A stretch of 64,000 bases of DNA from Daphnia carinata (lineage: Eukaryota): positions 7,502,001 through 7,566,000 of the forward strand of contig NC_081333.1 of the NCBI RefSeq assembly GCF_022539665.2. Direction: 5' to 3'. Both the position numbers and the translations under genes were made by a program. Below, in pieces: positions 51,303-60,700 of the stretch. Each line of letters starts with the position of its first letter. Positions within the stretch are counted from its first letter, which is position 1. The notes under the pieces are model-generated. The model ran no database searches, was not told where the DNA came from, and was given only the letters and a program-made list of their open reading frames with translations.

Positions 51303-53116
51303 TCACGTGACTGGTACGGCATTGGTGACTTTGGTGTCGATAGACATCATGTGAGAATCGGCACCCATGCTGTCGCACGACGACTCGGAATGACTAGGTG
51401 TGGGACTATCGCGAAAACAGGATGACTCCAGGTGCTTGTTGAGGTAGGACTTGAGAGCAAAGGCTTTGTGGCACTTGCCGCAATGATGCGACTTGGTGGC
51501 CGAGTGGGTCTGCATGTGGGCACGCAAGTTAGACCTGTCTGCGAAAGCCTTGCCGCAGTGAGCGCAGCCGTAGGGTTTCTCGCCAGTGTGCGAGCGCATG
51601 TGACCCTGCAAGAGCCAAGGCCGAGAGAAGGCCTTAGAGCAGACTGGGCAAACATGTGACAGGGCGTGCGTCAAAAGGTGCATCGACAGCGCTGGCATTG
51701 AAACGTAAGCTTTGCCGCAGGTCGGGCACGTTCGAGCGCAACCCGATTCCAAGCTCCTGTGAGTCTGCTTGTGACGCGACAAGTTGGACGATGTTGCGTA
51801 GGCTTTGCCGCATTCGCCGCAGACGTAGCGGCCGGAGCGTGAAGATGGATTGGGTGTAGGAGATGAAGGAGTGCTTCCGTGTTTCTCAGCCGACGAGACG
51901 GCCCTGGCTAAATGCTTAGCGCCCGTCTCTAGATTGATGCCACTGTCGCTACTGTTGCCTCCGCTTTTGCTGCTGTTGCTTCCGCCCGATCCCTGTTGCT
52001 GACCTGAAGGATTGTTCCTCCTCTTAGAACGTCCATCGCTAACGAAGAACGCTTCGTAAGTGTAGGCCACTGTTTTACTGGTCGTCGATTTGCTGCTGCT
52101 GCTGTTCACCCGTGTGTGGCCGTTGGATTCTGTACTTGCTCCGCCAATGGAACTGTTCATGCTGCTGCTGCTGCAGTGGGAAGAACTGGACGTCGAATCG
52201 TTCTCGAGAGCTGGAGGGATCGGACTAGGATCTGCCAGCGTCATTGTGGCCGGAGATGGAGGTGGTGTTTTGGAACTGTCCGGCGTGATTTCCATCGGAC
52301 TCTCAGATTCTTCTTCGTCTTGGTGATGATGATGATGCAGCTGTTGCTGACTGGAACGGATGTGTGCCGTGCTTAAGTCCAGGATGGCGTGGGCGGTGCT
52401 CAAATCTTGCGGCTCTCTATCCATCATCACTCCGCTCACCTGCTGCTGTGGCGACAACTGGTGGTGATGGAGATGATGGTGATGCAAGTGATGATAACTG
52501 GACAATTCGCTCGCGAACGGCTGGACTCTCCGCTGCACTTCAACGCTCGTTGAATACGGCCGATAAAGGTCAGCCGGTCGTTCTCTTTCCCAGACGTGAG
52601 AAATGGGAATGGGCATGGCCGGTGGTTGGACAGGTTCGATGGTTACAGGAGGGTACCATTCGTTAGGATCGTAACGTTTCTCGCCCACCGGATAAATTGG
52701 ATGGTGATGGTGGTGAATGTGCGGCAGGTGATGGTGCAGGTTAACCGGATGCTGGCGGATGGTTGGACTAGTGACAACTTCGTTCGGACTTGTTGGGCTT
52801 ACCGGACTTGATGGTGGCTGGACGGGCGTCAATGGTCGATTCGTTTCTTCCGGCGGCTGATTTGTCGTTGGCGTCGTCGTGTGCGGATGGTGAACAAGGT
52901 GATGACGGTAGCAGTTCTCCTCCTCGCTGCAACTTCCGATACCCGATTCGGGTGTATCGGTACGCCGGGCCAATTGCAAGAGACCGGTAGTGGCTTCTTC
53001 GACGTCGCTATCGAAGCGAACCGCTCGATGGATGACGCTTTCGCGGGCTGGCATCGGTTCGCCCTTCACGGCGGTCAACGCTGTGATGCGTACCGATCCG
53101 ACTTCAACACCGAAAC
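51303..53116 (-). CDS. scrt: Scratch-family zinc-finger transcriptional repressor, coding exon 2 (Scratch domain and 5 zinc fingers); spliced product 687 aa
   Basis: Acceptor TTTTTTTTTTTGTGCTTTTGTAAAG|GT in phase 1 gives G+GT = Gly, in frame with the long ORF ending at TGA 51305-51303. It contains the Scratch domain [16 protein letters not shown] (52017-52064) and the fingers [91 protein letters not shown] and [22 protein letters not shown] (51417-51827). [14 protein letters not shown] and [10 protein letters not shown] are typical of Scratch rather than Snail proper. Confidence 0.96.
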
Positions 53117-54163
53117 CTTTACAAAAGCACAAAAAAAAAAATACAATTTGACTTAAATCGGATTGTTGGCGATGTCCCTTGATATCTATTTTCAAATTTC
53201 ATGCACACACACACATAAAACTAGAGTTCGAGGAGCACTTGTAGAGCATTGCGGAACAAGTAACACGTAGTGAGGAGGGCTTTTCAACAGGCGAGGGGGG
53301 TGGCAGTCAAATTATGAAGGGAAATCAAGAAATAAGTACTCTAAGATATGCAGCGGTTGGCATTAAGTCGTTGAAGAGGTAGGACAGACTGTCATGCTAA
53401 AAGAACAGGGGAGTTGATAACAAATGAGAAAGTTGTGTGTTCAATTACGTATGCACAGCTGATTGAATTATAGAGCTTCAGGTGCATGATGACAAGGCTG
53501 TGCAGTCTGTTTCACACTTGAATACGTCATCGCTGCAATCGGCCTAAATCTTTTGTAAGTCTTCGTCTTACCTTTAGCCTAACCTCCCGGTACTCATCTA
53601 CATGTTTTCCCCTTGTTTTCTTCGAGCTTGTCTTGTTCCCTAATTTTTGTTTCAGAAAGAAGAAAAACCCAAAAGTTCAAAGCTATGCAAACTTACAGAT
53701 ACGCACAACAACAACAACAAAAAAAAAGCCTAGTTGTCTAGCGGTTACGGAATCGGATCAAGAAAAAAAAATCCACCGCACAATGCATGATCTAAATAAT
53801 TAAAGAAATCCAGTCTAAAACTACCGGATCTCAGCAACCGACTGTACGAAAGACACCTGTTTCGCGCTTTTAAAATTTGTTTCCAATGTTCGAATCGCAC
53901 CCAACTTCGCTATTTGCCTTCCTTTCTTTTAAAAGGGACCCTTCAAACAAAAAAACTGTGGGGAAAAGAGTGGGCACAAGTGACGCATTACGTCAGAGTT
54001 GCGGAACTCGGCATAAGAGCAGGAACGGATAAATTGACACTTTAATCGACAATCTACGAAAAAAACTCGGAGAAAGGAAAACAATAGAAGCGCTGAGCGA
54101 GAGAGAGAGAGAGAGAGAGAGAGAAGATGGAAGTGTGACATTGTCCGCCGGAGCGGCACTTAC
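53117..54163 (-). other. GT-AG intron of the scratch gene (1047 nt, phase 1)
   Basis: GTAAGT donor at 54163-54158; polypyrimidine tract and AAG acceptor ending at 53117; the reading frame is preserved across the junction. Confidence 0.88.
54099..54124 (+). repeat. (GA)13 microsatellite inside the scratch intron, ~40 nt from the donor
   Basis: Read directly. Confidence 0.93.
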
Positions 54164-54413
54164 CGGTATGATTGACGGGCGTCGGCGGACGGTAAACATT
54201 GGATGCCGATTTAGTAGTGACGTTGCTGGTCTCTTGTTCATCATCGCCGTTGGTCTCGCGCTCTAGCGATGCTGGTGGTGGCGACAATAGCGGCGGTGGT
54301 GGTGGCGGCGGCGGAAGATCGACGCACGGACTGGGAGACCGACGTCCGGTCGCTCTTTCCGTCAATCCTTGTCGGTTTTTCAGCTGCTTTTTCGGCATGA
54401 AACAGCGAGGCAT
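54164..54413 (-). CDS. scrt: Scratch-family zinc-finger transcriptional repressor, coding exon 1 (SNAG motif, poly-Pro)
   Basis: ATG at 54413 begins MPRCFMPKK, a SNAG-type N-terminus (canonical MPRSFLVKK). The exon ends at a consensus donor, ACC G|GTAAGT (intron starts at 54163). Length is 250 nt = 83 codons + 1 (phase 1), matching the phase of exon 2. Which scratch paralogue this is cannot be determined without a phylogeny. Confidence 0.92.
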
Positions 54414-54724
54414 TTCTCGTCTCTTTTGTGCGTCGGTCGTCGTTCGTCTGTTTTTCTACTGGCCGCACACACAAATCGCCAACTTTGTTTTCAACTCGAT
54501 TTTTTTTTTTTGTTTTTTTTTTTTTAAAGAGAAACAGGTTAACGGAATTTTCTCCCCACTGTCGTTGGGATTGAACGTTGCGTAAGGGTCTCGTAAAATT
54601 CTTCGATAACGAAGTACTGTTTGGACAGGGAAAGAAGAAACAGAGTCAGAAGGAGAAAGAGAATGAGACTAGAGAGGGAGAGACAGGGAGAGAGATGTTG
54701 CCGTGACCCTGTCGCAAACCCAAA
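54414..54724 (-). other. Probable 5' UTR of scratch
   Basis: ATG-free leader between the TATA-box region and the SNAG start codon; CU-rich in the transcript sense at ~54627-54696. Confidence 0.5.
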
Positions 54725-54726
54725 CA

Positions 54727-54760
54727 TGCCGCTGCCACTGACCTGACACTCGTTTTATAC
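54727..54760 (-). promoter_or_regulatory. Candidate core promoter of scratch (TATA box; TSS expected near 54727-54740)
   Basis: GTATAAAA on the minus strand at 54760-54753. An Inr-like TCAGT at 54741-54737 is only ~20 nt from the TATA, shorter than the usual ~30. The 311 nt from 54724 to 54414 contain no ATG on the minus strand, consistent with a 5' UTR. Confidence 0.5.
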
Positions 54761-57700
54761 CCCCGGCCGGGTGGTAGTGGTGATGGCTGGTGGTGGTATA
54801 TAGTAGCACGGGGGTCGTGGGGGAGGGACCAAATGGGGTGCTACAAAAGATGGGGGGTTGAAAAAGAGGGTGGCATGCTGCAACACATAGACAGCAGGAA
54901 GAGCGACGCGCGCAGACACACACACACACACGGACTGCTCTTGCCCCGTGTGTTCAAACAACAGCAACTTGCATACCATCGATTACTGCGTCGTCGCTGT
55001 CGTCGCTTTCCACATCTCGCTCCACACGAGCGAAGATTTACAAAAATTTAAAAAAAAATCCCGGCCGCGCTTCATCGTCCAGTCTATCACCTCTCACGAT
55101 TCCATTTAAATTATCAAACAGAAATAAGACTATTGTCCCCTTTTTATTGTTTCATCGCTTGCTTTAAAAGAGAAGAGGTACAAGGCCGTGCCGTCCATCA
55201 ATAATCCACAAGCAAAGAAGGATGTTTGTTGGACAGTGTGTAGCCCTTAGTTGACATCGGATGAATACAGATGAACTAGAGTGTGTAAAAATGTAATGAG
55301 TCTACAGATTGCAAAAGCAAGCCGGATTCTCAATACGTTCGATTCAATCAGAATCACCCGACAAAGGGGAAATAAAAAAAAAATCTAGAAAAAGAAAGAG
55401 AGACAATATACTCTGTGTGTGTGTGTGTGTGTTAGGAAGAATATAGTAGCAGGAGGGTACGTACACATAAGGATAGTCGAGAATATGTAAGAGAGTCGTA
55501 CTGTGGTCGATTGAATCATCAAGGCGAGATGCAACCAGCATACGCGCCGTGCAGGCAGAAGAAGTAACAAAAAAAAAAAAGGGAAGAAGTAGATGGAATA
55601 TATGTGGAATCTCTTTCCTCTTTTAGCCATTCCCAAGAAAGCAGCTATATCCCCGTTTCGTTTTCCTTCTTTTCTCAGCTTCATCGGCAATCATCATCAT
55701 CGGCTCTATTGGATTACGAGCGGATATAGGGACCGGGAGCCCTGGCTAGCCATCGTATAAGCCACACATACACATGCTACCTCCCTCTCCAGTAACTTGG
55801 GGACCCGCCATTCTGTGGGGGGTTGTTAGATTTATTTTTTTTTATTCTTTCTGGCTTCTCTCTCTGACGTCTACGCACACAGCTGGATGGGCAAGACGTC
55901 GTTGACTTGTTTATACATGGAAGGGATCGCCCCTTCTCTCTCTCTCATATCCTCATACAGTGTCGGCATGGGAAATGATGATCATCATCGTGAATGGTAA
56001 TAGTCTCGATGACATTTCTACACCCTTCCGGTTGCTTATATATAAAGCCATCGAATCGAATGATTCCCATCAGAATCGTCGTGTATATAGATCTCCCGGC
56101 TGTATATATCGACGATGAAAGTCTTACTAGATCCTTTCAAATGCTGCACGGCGAGGTCCGCTCTGTGCTCGTCGCCGGCACACACGTGTATAATATCGAC
56201 GGTGAGTGAATCACTGTGCGACGTGGGGCACGTTCCATTCTGTATGGCCTGCAGTCACTCAGACTGTATCGACGTGAAACGTGGATTATCGTCAACATCT
56301 CAAGCGATCTCGCGTTTCGTTTCGATTCCGTGACCATTTTTCCTTTTATAGTCGACGTTATAACGTCGGCTTATTATTATTGGCCCAGCAGCCCTGCGCT
56401 CTGCTTTTTGGGAAAATAAAAAATGTCGGCAAATAAAAATCATTGCCGATAGAAGGCCGTGCCACATTTTTCTTACTCTCCGTGCAAATGAAAAATAAAG
56501 AATTTCTCCTTTTTGTAGTTTTGGCTTGTTACATGGATACTTGTGTTATTGAATCATGAATAGAATCCTAATGGGGATTTCGAAATAGTATGGGCTAGCG
56601 AAAATAGGCCACTGTGTGTTCGTTTGGAGCTGTTGTTCGAGACCACCTGCCCGTTTGTGTTGACACGAGTCACTTGCATCGCACACACACACACACACGG
56701 CCCAGCTCAGGAATTATTAATCAGTTCGATACAAGGGTACGTACCGGTACGCGTAAGTTATATAGATTTCCAGCTAACGTGAATGATGAATGAGTTTATC
56801 CGTAAATATAAATAAGCCGCTCGTTTTCGCTGTCTAAACACGTGAAAACTATACATCGTGTACCGGTAAAAGTTAGATTGGGTGTTTGTTTGGCTAGCTA
56901 CGCTCAAATAATAGAACACGTCAGAAAATGAAGCGAGAAAAAGAAAGAAAAAAAGGAAGCGGAAATGAAAGTAGAGAGAACCACAGGTTCCATCCGTCCG
57001 GTAAAAAAAAACATATCAGGTGGTTGTGGCTTGTTGGCTGTAACGTGGGATGTGCTATACAAGTTGCGCAAATCCACATATTCGTCCATGCAATGATGAC
57101 GTTAAAAAAAAGAAAAGAAAAAGGCTTAAACGTATCTTGTTTTTTCGTCTTATTTATTTAGTGACAATCGAGAACATGTTTCTCAATTTCAGAAATGCAA
57201 AAGGTGGGAATAAGAATGTTGCTCGAAAATGGAGGGCAGGTTACTCTATGCTCCGTGGCCGAAACCTTTGGAAAACAGACGTCAGCAGCTTAACAAGACA
57301 ATTGTTTAAAAAACTGGGGCGGCACCTGGTGTTCATGTTCTCCTAAAATAAATCGATATTTCTTTATTTTCAAATTTTTTTTTCCCTTTTTCACAACAAA
57401 AAAAAAAAAGAGGGGAGACAAATCTACTACATAGTTGTAGGTCTCCATTGGCCTCGTAGTATTCCCCCTCCCGATGACGTGCTCCACCCTCTGTACCATT
57501 AGAACGCGTAGTTTCTTTTTTTTTTTTCCGGAGCCACTTTGAAATGCAAGACACATACACAACACTAACCCCCCCCTCCCCCCTAAATGCAGCAGGCAAG
57601 AGTCCCTTGCACCCTAGTAACAGGGAGTTAATCCTATCTATATGCACATGCAAAATTGTTGAGCTGTTGTCACCGCTGACGTTGCTTCTACGTGTATAGT

Positions 57701-60700
57701 ATATAAGCGCGTTAAAGGGCGCTCCCCTCCACACAGACACACGAACTTGTCACAATTTGCTTTCGACTATTTTGACGCATTTCAAAGAAAGCTACTTGTC
57801 TTTATTATTTTTTTCTTTCAATTTTTAGACTTCAATTCCTTTAAAACTCCGTTTCTGGGGGGGGGGTGCCTTTTTTTCTTTTGTTGTTGTGCCTCTCTCT
57901 CTGTGATGTGTGTGTATAATTCTTTTCTTCGGAAGTAATTTGGAATCTGGTGATGTGTGTGTACATCACCGTCGAGCACAGGAAAAAGGCGGACATTTGA
58001 GCTATATAGAGTGGGAAAACTAGCTGACTGCATTGGGTCTCGATTCTCGGAAAGCCGACAAGGAAATTCCGTGAATCTCCTTCGCTCACTGTGCGCCCAG
58101 TCATCCAGTTGATGGGACGGGCTGAAAACCTGGGAGCACACGGAGCGAAAAGATACAGCAGGACTTGATGGGCGAAGGATTGTCCGGCTTTGCATTCGGC
58201 ATTATGCTAATCAAAGCTAACGAAGTCATGGCTTCCTGCTGATACGCCACTCCAACACAAGTCCCTTGATTCCCAGCCTTGGATATGCAGACAATACTAC
58301 GGCAGCGGTAGTAGTCGTAGTAGTCGTAGTCGAACAGCTCTATTTGTGTTATTTCAGCGCCTCATATAATATAACAAAGTCGGCAAGAAGAAATCAAAAG
58401 ATTTAACTAAAAAAAAAAAAAAAAAAAAATCCCTTCGGCTGAGCTGATTTTCCATTCTGTTTATGGTGCGCACTGATGCCAGTGGTTCAGACCTCTTTTC
58501 TTTTTGGCTCTTATTTTTCGAGAATAAAAAAAAAAAAAAGAAACCATGCGGGATGTGCGAGATCAAGCGTTCGCTTTCGATAAGGCACACACACATCCAA
58601 GCGCCCAGTTGTTTTTCTCTGCGCTCTGCCCCTGTCTCTCTGTTTCTTATCGACTCCGACAATCGGCTTTCTCGTTTCCCATCATTCAGAGCGTTTTGAG
58701 TTCGTTTCATTCTCCATCACCCCAGCAGTTTTTCTTCTTTTCTTTTCTACCCGTGATGCGATTAAAAAGAACTTATATTTTTTTTTTATTTGTGCCTTTC
58801 TTTTATGAGGAAGCGGATGAAAAATTGGGAAAACGGCACGTTCATTATTGTTATTAGGACTGCATTTAATACAGGAACAAACAACAACAATGGGACAGCA
58901 GATACACAGCAAGTGAAGGGGGAAAAAAAGGGAACCTGTCAAGTTATGTAAAAAAGAAAAAGCGGATGCGACCCGCGCTTATTTAGCTTTATTCCTGGAA
59001 TATTTTGTTGGGGGTGGGTTTTCGTAGACGCGTCTGTTCAAGTACGCGCGTACGCAGAAAAGAAGAAGAAACCGTCCGCATCCTATTTCCTTATCCTTCC
59101 GTTAGGTTTCAAAAGTTTTGAAATATACATTCCCTTCCGAACTCCCATCCCCTCTGTTTTTTTTTTTTCTTCGGCGTACACGTCCCAACAATTCAAACGG
59201 ATCAAATAGATAAGGCAATACTCGTACAAGTGTTTGTCCTTACCATTCATTTTTTACTTGGTGTGTGTGTGTGTGTGTGTATACACCCGCTGCTCCTACA
59301 TGTGTCCTATCTCTGTCTCCACCTTTCACCTCGAGAAATGCGCAAGTTGGGAGCTAGGACAAAAGATAAATAATGAACTCACAAGTCTCGGTGAATATTT
59401 CATAAAAGTCCAAACGGGACTTTACAAGGGTTTCTTCTCTTCTATTTCACGTATGCATTCATTTCCACGTACGTCTGTGTGCATTACGTCGAGGTTGAAT
59501 TTTTCGGAGCCGCCGCAAGAGACCTTACAAGAGTTCACGGCACGGGCATTTCAAAGAGAAACAGAGGAAATAACTCACATGTACGGAACTGTTCTGTATG
59601 GGGTGGGAGGAGGAGTCCACCTGTAACCTGAGCTCTATCCCATCTGTCCGACTTCCTTCCGGCGCGCACAGAGCAACGAGACGCAATCGAGAACGAGAAG
59701 AGTGTGCAGTTACTGCTAGCCAATGTTCTCACATTTTATTTTTTGATATGTAAAAAAAAAAAATGTGGGGGAATAGGGGGGGAATAGAAAGGGTAGATTA
59801 TAGACTGATTAGCCATCAGGTCACAATCAGCGTATGCGCACTCCATCGATTAGGGCGGAAAATATTTTCAACGAAAATTGTAATTATCAAAAGGCTTTTC
59901 AAATGAGTTTGATATATCGAGATCGTTAAAATGATTGAATCGGTCCCGTACACAGTTCATAGAGTTTTCGGACATTGGTACATAATTAACAGCCCGTATC
60001 ATACACTGAAAAGTTGATATGGTTTTGTATGTTAGAACGTGGGAGAAAATGTATAAGCAGCAACCGGGGAAATAAAACTAGGGAATTGGCGGTTTGTTTG
60101 AATCCTTGCATCTACATCCGTTTCCAAATGTGAGAAAAAAAAAAGAAAATCCTGCTGGTCTTGAATTCATACACGTCGAAATGAAGGGCGAAAAACACAT
60201 TCGGTGAGAACTTGTTAGTTCAACAATTCTCAAACGCATTGAATGGTCCCCTATAAAAGAAGAATGAAGGAGAAGAAAAGGATTGAAATCAAACATTCAA
60301 GATCCAATGCCCTTGCTATTTACGAGTTATTAGCGCGATGAGTGCGCGTGAAAAAAAAATGGGGGGGAGGGGGGGAGGACCTTAAAGCATTGCAGGCGAA
60401 ACCATCCGAGCTAATAGTTCGCAACGAGAAGAAACAGCAGCATAACATTTCACGCTTGACAGGTCTTTCAAGCGGTGCCGATCAACAGTTTTCGGAGCCT
60501 GATAGTTAAGAACGCATTGACGCGTCCAATTTCGAATTCGGATCGTGTACCAGTGGCTATTGTATTACTAAATATCTGCGTGCCTCGATTGTCGAGTTAT
60601 ATACGGCGATTCAAAGGGTCATTTGACCGCTATGTTGAACATCGGCTTTTTACGGTGGAATCCCCCGCTCTCCAATCAAGCTGACGAACAACGGGTGGGG

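Noticed and set aside
51290..51305. Stop-codon readthrough of scratch
   Set aside because: The context is TGA-AAA, not the leaky TGA-CTA, and an in-frame TAA follows within six codons.
51347..53156. Overlapping and antisense ORFs within exon 2
   Set aside because: Short shadows of a GC-richer coding region with no domain signatures.
53117..53195. N-terminal extension MKIDIKG...FFFLCFCK of the 630-aa ORF in the track
   Set aside because: It starts at a non-ATG codon and is the intron's polypyrimidine tract; the real N-terminus is the SNAG exon at 54413.
53567..53572. Cryptic donor AAG|GTAAGA inside the intron, suggesting a cassette exon
   Set aside because: No convincing upstream acceptor or conserved-looking reading frame was found.
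54054..54163. C-terminal part of the 119-aa ORF (GKCRSGG...SLSLSL)
   Set aside because: Read-through past the GTAAGT donor into the intronic (TC)n repeat.
59726..60136. Su(H)-type sites TTCTCACA (59726-59733) and TGTGAGAA (60129-60136)
   Set aside because: About 400 bp apart, not a paired SPS arrangement, and their frequency is compatible with chance.
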